This document shows positions 52,455 through 64,000 of a DNA stretch of 64,000 nucleotides, in pieces. Numbering within the stretch: position 1 is the first letter of the stretch; each line of letters begins with the position of its first letter. The stretch covers positions 22,010,001 to 22,074,000 of the forward strand of contig OX597835.1 in the NCBI GenBank assembly GCA_951406725.2, given 5' to 3'. Source of the stretch: Octopus vulgaris (taxonomy: Eukaryota). The translations under genes were made by a program, and so were the position numbers. The notes beneath the pieces were generated by a model, which did no database searches, was not told the origin of the DNA, and was given only the letters and a program-made list of their open reading frames with translations.

Positions 52455-53306
52455 ACTTCTGTAATAGACATTATATGTACATATAGATGTATAACATATA
52501 TACATACATAACATACAAAACACACACACATACATATATACATAAATATATATAGACATACATATACATGTTTATTAAACAAGCTTCCATTTTTATTTTA
52601 AGAAAACAAAAAAAGAGAAAGTTTAATGGAGTTGCAAATGGCTGTACGCATGTGCATGAGTGTGTGTTCGTGAATAAAAAGCCAAAAGCCAAAAACCAAT
52701 ACAGACTACACTTGTAAAAATGCAAGCTTTCGTTCGATCATGCATGTGGACATCTTCAGAGAAAATAAATGTGTAACAAGTCATCACGTGTTCACAATCA
52801 GCATGAGCTTAGTTTCACAGCATAGAGGTGTGTAGGGGAGGAGGGGGGAGAAGCAGACAGCTGTTTCTTCAAAAAGTTAGCAACAAATTTAGGACAGCAC
52901 CAAATGTTGGTTGGCTGGTTACAAATATATGTGTGTGTGTATATATATATATGTGTGTATATGTATATATATATAGCATAAACAACAAGGAAAGCATTCA
53001 TAAGAAGAAAAAAAAAAACACTGAAGTAACCAACTGGGAATTGAAACTCTGTATAATATTTTGTTTCATCACCACATGCAAATTTATTTAAACTATTCCC
53101 ATGGTAATACTGTATGTAACCTTAACCTTTTAGCATTTAAAATAGCTGTATCCAGCCCAAATATTCTGTTTTTTTATTCACACCAGCCAGATCCAGCCTC
53201 TAACACCTACCCCAGCAATGTCATTCTAAGAATAAACAATCACATCATCGAAATCTCAAAGTTACAAGGTAAAGCAGGATTAATTTAAAAGAGTGGGAAT
53301 AAATAT

Positions 53307-53980
53307 GTGTTAGATTTGACAAAGTAATCTGACAACTAACTTGACCCTTTCGCACTTAAACTGGCCGAATCTGGCTCAAATATTTTGCATGTTTTATTAA
53401 GTAAAATAAGCATTTGCTGAAAACATCAAGGAAAGAGGGTGCACCACAGAAATGGTAACGGGTTTATGGCACAAAAGAAATCACTTTTAACCCTTTAGTA
53501 TTTAATCTGGCCATATTCAGCCCAAATATTAAGTGTTAGATTTGACAAAGTAATCTGACAACTAACTTGACCCTTTCGCACTTAAACTGGCCAAATCTGG
53601 CTCAAATATTTTTTATGTTTTATTAAGCAAAATAAGCATTTGCTGAAAACATCAAGGAAAGAGGGTGCACCACAGAAATGGTAACGGGTTTATGGCACAA
53701 AAGAAATCACTTAACCCTTTAGTATTTAATCTGGCCATATTCAGCCCAAATATTAAGTGTTAGATTTGACAAAGTAATCTGACAACTAACTTGACCCTTT
53801 CGCACTTAAACTGGCCAAATCTGGCTCAAATATTTTGCATATTTTATTAAGTAAAATAAGCATTTGCTGAAAACATCAAGGAAAGCGGGTGCACCACAGA
53901 AATGGTAACGGGTTTATGGCACAAAAGAAATCACTTTTAACCCTTTAGTATTTAATCTGGCCATATTCAGCCCAAATATT
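53307..53980. repeat. Three near-identical tandem copies of a ~225-bp unit
   Basis: The unit start GTGTTAGATTTGACAAAGTAATCTGAC occurs at 53307, 53533 and 53757. Each unit includes MITE-like ends (TTAACCCTTTAG). Confidence 0.9.
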
Positions 53981-54669
53981 CTACCTGTTTTATGTTCAAA
54001 CTGGGCCAGATCCAGCCTCTCATACCTATCCTGCAATGTCATTCTGAAAGTCAACAATGACATCGTTAAAATCCTGAAGCTACAAGATAATGCATGATTA
54101 ATTGAAAACAATGTGAATAAATAAGCAGATCCAGCCAGATCTGACAAAAACAGATAGTAGCCTTATGCATTACAAGCTCTGTGTGGAAGGATACGAACTG
54201 CTTGATGAAGTCCATACTGTTGAGGTTTGGTTTGAGTGACTCTTCAATGACCGAGTCACTCCTTGTTTCACTCAAGGATTAATTCGATGGCGGTCTTGTC
54301 TATATAGGGCTTTCTTATTTTTTTCGGTATCTCTTTCTCTTTAGCTGCCACACATACATTTCATACATGCTTACATACACGATGCAAATTCTACTCATTG
54401 GTGATTAGCCTAAGATTAAGCAGTGATGGATATAGGTTTAGATTTAAACAAAGCAACTTATGCATTCAAAGAGTGTGTGTTTGTTAGTGTGTATAATGAA
54501 AGCTGGTAAAACTCCTGTCTATATTCCATGGAGGATTCAATACGAAGATATGGATCCAAATTCTATGAAGTACTCATGCTTTTAGCTTCTCTAATACACG
54601 CAGGTACATACTTGTGTATATGTGTGCACACAGACATGCACATATATAAGCATATATAATTATATAAAC

Positions 54670-54870
54670 ATAATTATAATAACGAGGGCACTGATGAATA
54701 GCACCACATGCTAGAAATAGACACCAAATGGCTCTAAGAACTACAGTTATTCCATTAGCAGGGACTGAAATCCGTGCTAATGGAGTAAATAATTGTAGTT
54801 CTTAGAGCCATTTGGCATCTATTTCTAGCATGTGGCGCTATTCATTAGTGCTCTCATTATTATGATTATA
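54670..54870. repeat. ~200-bp foldback (MITE-like) inverted repeat downstream of the SNAPIN stop codon
   Basis: ...ATGAATAGCACCACATGCTAGAAATAGACACCAAATGGCTCTAAGAACTACA..TCCATTAGCA is mirrored by TGCTAATGGA..TGTAGTTCTTAGAGCCATTTGGCATCTATTTCTAGCATGTGGCGCTATTCAT. Confidence 0.8.
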
Positions 54871-54945
54871 TATACTTGTATTAATTGTTACCTGTATGGG
54901 TTATTACTTGATAAAATCTTATATAGATTTTATCCTTGGTCATTA

Positions 54946-54982
<37 letters not shown>

Positions 54983-55024
54983 TTGTATTGTAATAATATA
55001 TTTTTATATGTATATATGTGTGTG

Positions 55025-55062
<38 letters not shown>

Positions 55063-55172
55063 TATAACAGTCTGACTCAGCGCCATATGGCAAACTTCCG
55101 TGGGTAGATTGGAGACATCCACCTCATCAAATGTATTGAGTACTTCTTTCTTCTTCTGTTTGTTCATTCACT

Positions 55173-55232
<60 letters not shown>

Positions 55233-55315
55233 CATATATATAGATAAATAAAATTTTGCATTTTACATGTGTGTGTGTGTGTATGTGTGCATGTATAGAA
55301 TATATGGGTCTCTTT

Positions 55316-55408
55316 CTATTTTGGTTTTCCAGGAGAGGGTGGATCAAGTAACGCCTTCCTGCGTGCTGTTTCTTTTGAGACATTGTTGTGGAGTTTGTTG
55401 AGTCGTTC
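55316..55408 (-). CDS. SNAPIN: SNAPIN last coding exon
   Basis: tttttttccag|GAA CGA CTC ... AAA TAG encodes ERLNKLHNNVSKETARRKALLDPPSPGKPK* (vertebrate ERLRRLNHSVAKETARRRAML as recalled); phase 0. Confidence 0.93.
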   Translation of the reverse strand, partial: ERLNKLHNNVSKETARRKALLDPPSPGKPK

Positions 55409-56136
55409 CTGGAAAAAAAAAGAAACACAAAACAGAGAAATTAGTATCATCGTTATCATCAGCATCATCATTTAACATCAGGCATTTGCCATATCCTGAA
55501 TGCCTTACTTCCCTGGGCATGGACACATTGAAACTCCGACGTCTGGCAGCTGACTTGGCAGACACCCATAAAATTATCAACCATCGTACAAACAATAACT
55601 CTGAGCACCTTTTCAAACTCCACCCAAATAAACACCCGTGGACATATTTACAAAGTCAGAAAACAGCACAGCTCCCATGACTTCAGGAAACATTTTTTCA
55701 CGCTGAGAGTTGCTGAAGCGTGGAACAAACTGTCGGCATCAGTTGTTAGTTGTCGGAGCACTGCATCCTTCAAAACTTCCATGCTTTCTGAGATTCGCCA
55801 ACACTACACCTGATTTTCTCCCCTCCATACACACACAAGCATGTATCTGACTCATACATTGTTCGCTTTCCAGACATTTTTACATTACTGCATATGCTTT
55901 ATATGCACTTTCTGACAAGTTGTGGTGCACCTGAGCACTATATACAATAATTTCATTATTATTATAACATCAATTTGCCATGAAGTTATGAGTCGGTGGG
56001 AATTTGCCAAGGCAGATTTATTTATGGCTGCATGTCCTTCCTGTCACCAACCTTTACTAGTTACCAAAAGAAAATAACACTTTCCTTTAGCTACACATAT
56101 TTTACAAAAAAGACTGGAAATGAACAAGACAATAGT

Positions 56137-56167
<31 letters not shown>

Positions 56168-56232
56168 ATCAAACAAACTCCAAAGAGGCTGGCGTTGGTC
56201 TGCATTGGCAAGACTGGTATTTATTTAAGACT

Positions 56233-56650
56233 GCGGCGAGCTGGCAGAAACGTTAGCACGCCGGGCGAAATGCTTAGCCGTATTTCGTCTGTCGTTACGT
56301 TCTGAGTTCAAATTCCGCCGAGGTCGACTTTGCCTTTCATCATTTCAGGGTCGATTAAAACAAGTACCAGTTACGCACTGGGGTCGATATAATCGACTTA
56401 ATACCTATGTCTGTCCTTGTTTGTCCTCCTCTATGTTTAGCCCCTTGTGGGCAATAAAGAAATAGGTATTTCGTTTGTCGTTACGTTCTGAGTTCAAATT
56501 CCGTCGAGGTCGACTTTGTCTTTCATCATTTTGGGGTCGATTAAATAAGTACCAGTTACGCACTGGGGTCGATATAATCGACTTAATACCTATGTCTGTC
56601 CTTGTTTGTCCCCTCTATGTTTAGCTCCTTCTGGGTAATAAAGAAATAAG
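56233..56650 (+). mobile_element. tRNA-derived SINE family B with its 3' part duplicated in tandem; other copies at ~10100-10331(-), 14520-14731(-), 19031-19258(-), 33571-33780(-), 42692-42920(-), 59176-59408(-)
   Basis: GCGGCGAGCTGGCAGAAACGTTAGCACGCCGGGCGAAATGC..GAGTTCAAATTCCGCCGAGGTCGACTTTGCCTTTCATC..TAAAGAAAT. Confidence 0.85.
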
Positions 56651-59466
56651 TATTTATTTTATTTTATTTTTATTTTATCTAGTTTCAGCTCACGAGCTGT
56701 GGCCATGCTGGGGCACCGCCATTCAGTGTGGCGAAAGAGTCAGCAGAAGTTCGCATTTACCTTCTGCCGGAGCTGCGTGGAGATTAGGTGTTTCGCTCAT
56801 AAACACATAGTCTGAGATACGAACCCGCGATCCTTCGACCGCAAGTTCGCTGCTGTAACCACTAGGCCATGTGCCTCCATATAGCAAAATTGAAAAAAAA
56901 AGTGTATGGCAGTGTTTCTAAACCAGGGTTCTGCGAAACCCCAGGGATCTGCAAAAGGTTCCAAGAGAAAGAGTGAGACAAGCTAATGCTAATTTCATGA
57001 GCGTAATATTACTGTACAAGCACAACATATTACAGGTTATTGTAATATGGGGAATGGAATGAGGAGGAGAAGTGGGCAAAGTTGAGAGCGAAGGGAAAAG
57101 GTGAGGTTTTATGGCGGAGTTGAAGAATAAGAAAGGGTTTAATGATCTAAGAGGAGGTATAGGAGTAGAAGGAAAAACAAGGCTTTGGTCAGCCCAGTAG
57201 AAGACACGATGCTTGCAGTGGAACTGAACCCAAAACAACATGGTTGAGAAGCAAGCTTCTTAACCACACAGCCGGGTAATCTTTCTACACAAAATGAATG
57301 CTGTATGAGGCCCACCTAAGGTGTGTAATTTCAGTGGGTATTACATACATCATCATCATCATCGTTTAATGTCTGTTCTCCATACTAGCATGGGTTGGAC
57401 GGTTCGACCGGGGATCTGGGAAGCCAGAAGGCTGCACCAGGCTCCAGTCTTATCTGGCAATGTTTCTACAGCTGGATGCCCTTCCTAACGCCAACCACTC
57501 CGTGAGTGTAGTGGGTGCTTTTTACGTGCCACCCGCACAGGTGCCAGGCGAAGCTGGCAACGGCCACGGTCGGATTGGTGCATTTTACATGCCAACGGCA
57601 CGAAAGCCAGTCGAGGCGGCACTGGCTTCGGCCACGATTCGGATGGTGCTTTTTACGTGCCACTGGCACGGAAGCCAGTCAAGGCAGCACTAGCACGGAA
57701 GCCAGTCGGGGCAGCACTGGCATCAGTGTACCTTACTGTATGGCAGTGTAAAGATGCCACACACACACACATATATGACAGGTTTCTTTTAGTTTCCACC
57801 AACCAAATTCACTCACAAGGCTTTGGTACCAGGGCTATAGTAGGAAACACTTGTTCAAGATTCCACACAGTGGAACTGAACCTGGAACCATGTGGTTGGA
57901 AAGGAAACTTCTTACCCCACAGCCACTAAAACCTGTCTGGAAAAAGCAATGATATCAATATTTAGAGAAAAAAGAAAATCTATTATTCCAAGTCAACAAA
58001 GCTTTTATATAGTCGTTTGACTTGTTAGAAATGGTACACAAATATTCCTCAAGTTATACCCAGGTCTGTCTTACAAAGGAAGGACAGACCTAGACTAAAC
58101 AATCTCAACTGCCATTTCAAGATTTTTGTTTTTGTCTTACTGTTACACTCAAATTATTGTGTAGACGTTTCTTAATTAGCTGTTAGCTAATTAACTGCAC
58201 ATCAAAAGTCTTAATCGTTATTGGTTTATTGGCAGACCAGGCAGCAATGCATTCCATATTCAGAACACGACCATTCATCTTGCACTCAACCCCACCCCAC
58301 CCCACCCAAAATAGTATTCACTATTAGTGTTGAATCAATAAGCTCTGTGACCACCACTCCTGATGTACTCTCCAACCTTATTGATTATTTAAAACTTTGT
58401 CAAGTGTCCTCGTTAACATGGTACTAATTTATACACAACATTCATCATCACAAACTTGATAAATTTTATCTTCTCTTTCATTGCTTTCAATCTATGGTAT
58501 TGGTTAACGTGAGGCCATGATAGGAAATACACATCCAAGGTGCCACAACATGGGATTGAACATGGGACCATGTGGTTTTGAAGTGAACTTATTAACATCA
58601 GACATGCCTACACCCATGTTTAACAAAAGGGAAAAAAAAAAAACATTTTTTTTTTCTAATGCAGAGACTAGTGAATTACATTTCTATTAAATTTGCTAAG
58701 TTTCACATTTTCTATTGTTACAAAATGTCAAACTTTGCAAATTTTTCCAAACCCACAATACTTCAGTAAGATAAATAAATAAATAAAACTTGAAATTGAA
58801 AAAGAAAAAAAAAAGAAACAATAAAAATCTAAATGCCTGAAAGACTGCTTAACATGTCACCTTCTGAAATTAATTAAATCTTCCTGATCTTTTGATCATT
58901 GACCTTTGACCTTTCAAGAAATAACCTAAATATACAATGACAATGTTAAAATTCCACCTTAGTATAAATAAACAGTAGTTTGTCTGTGTGTCACTCTCCG
59001 TTTACTTTTTTTTTGCTCTTTTATTTGTTTCAGTCATTTTGATTGTAGCCATGCTGGAGCACCGCCTTTAGTCAAATAAGTTGACCCCAGGACTTATTCT
59101 TTGTAAGCCATGTACTTATTCCATTGATCTCTTTGGTTGAACTGCTAAGTTACGGGGACATAAACACACCAATATTTATTTCTTTACTACCCACAAGGGG
59201 CTAAACAGATAGAGGACAAACAAGGACAGACAAACGGATTAAGTCAATTATATCGACCCCAGAGCGTAACTGGTACTTATTTAATCGACCCCGAAAGGAT
59301 GAAAGGCAAAGTCGACCTCGGCGGAATTTGAACTCGGAACGTAACGGCAGACGAAATACGGCTACGCATTTCGCCTGGCGTGCTAACGTTACTGCCAGCT
59401 CACCGCCTTTTATTGGTTGTCAAGTGATGGTGGGGGGGACAAACACAGACACACAAATACATACAT

Positions 59467-59842
59467 GTGACAAAGGGATATACACTCAGAGTAAAAGGTA
59501 GACTGTATGACGCATGTGTGCAAACAGCCATGCTACATGGCAGTGAAACATGGGCCGTGACTGCTGAGGACATGTGTAAGTTTGCAAGGAATGAAGCCAG
59601 TATGCTCCGCTGGATGTATAATGCCAGTGTGCATACACGACAGAGTGTAAGCGCCCTGAGAGTCCTACATGTAAAAGGCACCCACTACACTCACGGAGTG
59701 GTTGGCATTAGGAAGGGCATCCAGCTGTAGAATCACAGCCAGATCAGACTGGAGCCTGGTGCAGCCTCCTGGCTTCCCAGACTCCAGTTGAACCGTCCAA
59801 CCCATGCCAGCATGGACAACAGATATTAAATGATGATGATGA
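59467..59842 (+). mobile_element. RTE-like LINE fragment joined to the abundant 3' repeat ending in (GAT)n
   Basis: LRVKGRLYDACVQTAMLHGSETWAVTAEDM, followed by GTGGTTGGCATTAGGAAGGGCATCCAGCTGTAG...CCAACCCATGC..TTAAATGATGATGAT. Confidence 0.7.
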
Positions 59843-61607
59843 TATATATCTCTGGCACTGAATATTTTAATGTAAATAAACACTATGTATAAATATTTAT
59901 TATTTTAGCTACAGCTCTTCATAGATGACATGTATGTTTACACTACAGAGTGCTAAAAAGATTCTTTTTAAATAACAGGGCTATAAATTGATAAACAATA
60001 ACCTGGCCTTGCTGAGGATTAATGCAGGGCTTCTATACCCTGTGGAGCTGTGGAAAGGAATTTTTCCATGGCACAAGTATGATCAAATTTCCCTCTTTCT
60101 CTTTTTGTTTTTTTTCTTAATGGAAGGCAGGCTCAGTTATAGGTGCAGGAGCGGTTCTGTGGTAAGAAGCTTGCTTCCCAACCACATGGTTCCAGGTTCA
60201 GTCCCACTGAATGGCACCTAGAGCAAGTGTCTCCTATAAAAGCCTCAGGTCAACAAAAGCCACATGAGTGAATTTGGTAGATGGAAACTGGAAGAAGCTC
60301 ATCATATGTGTGTGTGTGTGTGTGTGTGTGTGTCTTTGTGTCTGTCCTCTGCCACCGCTTGACAACCAGTGTTAGTGTCTTTACATACCTGTAACCTAGC
60401 AGTTCGGCAAAAGAGACGGTTAGAATAAGTACCAGGCTTAAAAAAATAAACACATAAATAAGTACCGAGGTTGATTCAAATGACTAAAAATTCAAGGCGG
60501 TGCCCCAGGATAGCCACAGTCTAATGACTGAAACAAGCAAAAGATGAAAGGTAAGACCCACAATTATCTCTGCACACAAGTCTTCTCTCCCTCTCTCCCC
60601 CCTCTACACCATCGATTTTGTCCAAAAGAAAGGACGTGTTCCAATGGATTTCAGTACTAAAGTTGTCACAGACATTGCTTTCAGAATGCAAAATGCTAGA
60701 ATGGCATTTTGCCCAATACTGCAAAGCTATGCCCTCTAATGGCCCTAACTCAGGACTGGTACTTTACTGACCCTGAAAAGCTGAAATGCAGAGAGGACCA
60801 CGGTGAAATTTGAACTCAGAATGCAGATGGTTGGAATGATATCACAACACATTCTATCCAACATTCTACATCATCAATATTAACATTTAACATCCGTTTT
60901 CCATGCTGGCATGGGTTGGACAGAAACTGGTATGTCCAAGGGCCACACCAGGTCCCATAGCCTGTTTTGGCTTGGCTTCTAAACCTGGATGCCCTTCCTA
61001 AATGCCAACTACTTTACAGAATGTATTGGGTGCTTTTTAGGTGACACCCACTAGCGTACCCAAAGTGTGTGCTGCCCAAGGTGGTCCTTCAGTTTTCCAC
61101 CCCTGGGCCCCCCTAAAATACATATTGCCTACAACAGCCCCAAAAGTGCCACCAGGGCAGACCACTCCCTCCACCCTACTCTAGCTACACTGTGGTTAAC
61201 ACCAGCACCAGCATCATAAGCGGAAAGTGTAACCTCTCGAAAGAGCTGTTCTTCACTCCTGCTCCAGAACGTCGGATGCGGGGTCACTCCAAAAAGCTCT
61301 ATCTGCGACGATTTCATCTCAACTGAAGGAGAGGGGCTTTCTCCGTCCGGGTTGCGGATCCGTAGAATAAGCTGCCGGACAAGATAGTGAAGATGCTGAC
61401 AACCGCTCGGTTCAAAGTCTCCCTTGACCACAAATGGCCTGAACTCTTTGCATGAACACCACCCTGTACATAACTCCATGTCCCCCTACATGGCCTTGCT
61501 TTTTGCTTTTTGAGCCAAAAAATTAACTTAACTTTTATGTGGCACCTTGGTTTTAGGATCTCTACTAATGTGCTGGCCTGTAAGATGTCATTAAAAGACA
61601 TATTTAC

Positions 61608-61726
61608 CTGTACATTTTGTAGAATGTTATTGACCAACATCACACGGCGCCGAGCATTACTAAGTTTCTTCACATAAGGTTCCAGGTCAACGGGCACTTG
61701 CTGACTGTCGGAGATTTTCTTCAAGT
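61608..61726 (-). CDS. SNAPIN: SNAPIN internal exon, 119 nt
   Basis: tgtttcag|AC TTG AAG ... CAG|gtaaat encodes (D)LKKISDSQQVPVDLEPYVKKLSNARRRVMLVNNILQNVQ. Phases match both neighbouring exons. Confidence 0.95.
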
Positions 61727-62781
61727 CTGAAACACAAACAGAGGTAATGGTTACAAGAGATGTTAGTGTCACTGATGTTGTTGTTGTTATCATAGTTTAG
61801 CACAGCAACCACCACAGTCAGGCTTGACTGACCAGCAGATAACAGATGTTCCATTTATGACCTCTCCCTCTTATCTGGGATATTGCATATCTAGAACTAA
61901 ATTGGCCGATGTGTCTTCTTTTACAATGTTGTAGAGTGTAATTTGATAGATTTCGCTGCTATTTCTAGCATGTCTAACAGCCTTGTAGGCTTATATTATT
62001 GGTATATTATGTTGTTGGTTCCTCCTGACTAAGATCTATGGTCAAAGAGATTCCAGCCATGACCATCCTACCTGAAACACAAGTGTTGCTGTTATTGTTG
62101 TTTAGCATGCCCCACCCCAGTTAGTTTTGACCAACTGACCAGGTGTTCTCATTATGACTTCTCACTCCTTCTTGGGTACATACCAAGAAGTAAATCGGTC
62201 ATGTTATCTACCTCTTCAACATAATAGGATGTAATTTACAAGACATAGCTGCTATTTCTAGTATGTTCAGCAGCCACATAGGCTTAAATCATTGATATAG
62301 TATGTTGTTAGTTCTTCCAGACTAAGAAGATCTATGATCAAAGAGATTCCAACAATGACCATCCTGCCTTTCATTCAGACATAGTGTATCTAAGATTACA
62401 AAGTGAACAAATCATACTGCTGCAAAGAGAGAACCTAATGTTTTGGACGAAACCTCTTTATCAGGAAAGCTACTGAGGCTCATTTGCTGGCTTGAGATAT
62501 TTTTGAGATATCGCTGGTGAGTAGCTCAGGTTAAATCTGGTCAATTCAGGTCAGTACTGGTCATCTTTACTCCAGTATCTTTCCTTATTTTTATCTCTTT
62601 GCTTGTTTCAGCAAATTCCCTTATTGACTGAGGTGGGGAGAAGATCAAGTTACTAGCTAGAAACCTCCCCACCTTCCACTCGGTTACATACATGTCTAAT
62701 TTGTAGACATGTAGACAGAGCATTCAATGGTAACCCAACAACATAATTACTGGTATAATGGTATGAAGAGAAGCAACTTAC

Positions 62782-62828
62782 CAATTGCTAGGCTGTCAAT
62801 CTGCTGGCGCAACTCCACTTGGCTCTCT
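62782..62828 (-). CDS. SNAPIN: SNAPIN (BLOC1S7) internal exon, 47 nt
   Basis: ttctatcag|A GAG AGC CAA GTG GAG TTG CGC CAG CAG ATT GAC AGC CTA GCA ATT G|gtaagt encodes ESQVELRQQIDSLAI (vertebrate ESQVELREQIDNLA as recalled). Absent from the ORF track. Confidence 0.92.
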
Positions 62829-64000
62829 CTGATAGAAATGAAATTATAAATAAATATAACAAGAGAAATGTTACTGGTCAGATTCTAAGGAAAAGACAAA
62901 TGGAACAGGAAAAGTAATAACCCTTTCTACTAGAAGCACAAGGCCTCAAATTTGGGTGAAGGGATTATGACCCCCAGTGTATAACTGGTACTAATTTTAT
63001 TGACACCAAAAGGATGAAAGACAAAGTAGACCTTGGTGGAATGTTACAGAAAAATTAACAATGCCTGCATTCAGTGTTTATATTTATGTTTGTGTGTGTG
63101 TGTATTTTGGTTCATGTTGGATGAATAACAAGAGTGCTCAAAACATACTGTAGAGGATATAACATTTTTGTTGGTTTTTTTTAATGAAAATGAAACTAGG
63201 AATTGTCTTGCAATTCAAGTTTCATGCCACGATGCAGTAGCATAAAACTCGAGTCACAAGACAATTCTCAGCTTTAGTTTCAAATGGGCCTCATGGAGGC
63301 AAGGTGGCCAAGCTCCTTTTGAGTGTTAGGCTTCACAGAGGCAATGACCAAGACCTTTGGCGTTATGTTGTGCTTAAGAAGAAGACCCATCGAGTTGAGC
63401 AAAATCGCAGTCGTGACAGATACCGGTGTCACGCAAATGGCACCCATATTGGTGACACATAAAAGCACCCATTATACTCTAGGAGTGGTTGGCATTAGGA
63501 TGGGCATCCAGCAGTAGAAAACCATGCCAAATCAGACTGGATCCTGGCACAGCCTTCCAGCATGCCAGCCCAGTCAAACCATCCAACCCATGGCAACATG
63601 GACACTGGACGCTAAGTGATGATGATGTGTAGGTGTGGCTGTGTGGTAAGAAGCTTGCTTCCCAACCACATGGTTCTGGGTTCAGTCCCGTTGCGTGGAA
63701 CCTTGGTCCAAGTGTCTTCTACTATAGCCTCAAGCCGACTAAAGCTTGAGAGTAAATTTGGTAGACAGAAACTGTGTGGGGTTTTGGGTGGGTGGGTAAA
63801 TGGATAGCTGGATGGATAGATAGAGAGGTATGTGTCTGTGTTGTATTTGTACCACACTTAAAAAGAAAAATAAGTACTGGGATTGATTTGTTTAACCCTT
63901 CAAGGTGGTACCCCAGCATGGCCACAGTCCAATGACTGAAACTAGTAGACAATAAAAAGACGTTTGGCAAGTGGGTTGCAATATTAATAGTTTAATTATA

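Noticed and set aside
54691-54697. CTGATGA box inside the 54.7-kb hairpin
   Set aside because: No matching stem II/GAAA/stem III/UH arrangement.
61314-61793. 159-aa ORF as a single gene
   Set aside because: Only 61608-61726 is a SNAPIN exon; the rest is intron and antisense LINE sequence.

Overview
AT-rich, microsatellite- and SINE-dense animal genomic DNA. The repeat landscape looks like an octopus or other coleoid cephalopod (inference from recalled repeat families, not verified). Three protein-coding genes are supported. (1) The first coding exon of a PM20D2-like M20 amidohydrolase (minus strand, 6616-6999; the rest lies left of the window). (2) A complete ANAPC1/APC1 in only three coding exons (21605-21688, 23553-23865, 26043-31474; 1942 aa), one of them 5.4 kb long. 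(3) The last three coding exons of SNAPIN (minus strand; exon 1 lies right of the window). There is one elongator tRNA-Met(CAT) gene with a 21-nt canonical intron (18033-18126). The most striking non-genic structure is a ~710-bp palindrome (40633-41344) carrying two identical, outward-facing type I hammerhead ribozymes with intact cores and a palindromic stem III, as in Penelope-like elements and retrozymes. It sits in a block of local direct and inverted duplications, with three more degenerate hammerhead motifs nearby. Also present: GG-terminal MITEs with 8-bp TSDs (including a 41-bp perfect-palindrome element nested in a relative), a double TTAA-type MITE with a local empty-site paralog, and many SINE, LINE and Tc1/mariner fragments. 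Most short ORFs in the supplied track are microsatellite or SINE artefacts. Coordinates were read by eye; repeat boundaries are approximate.
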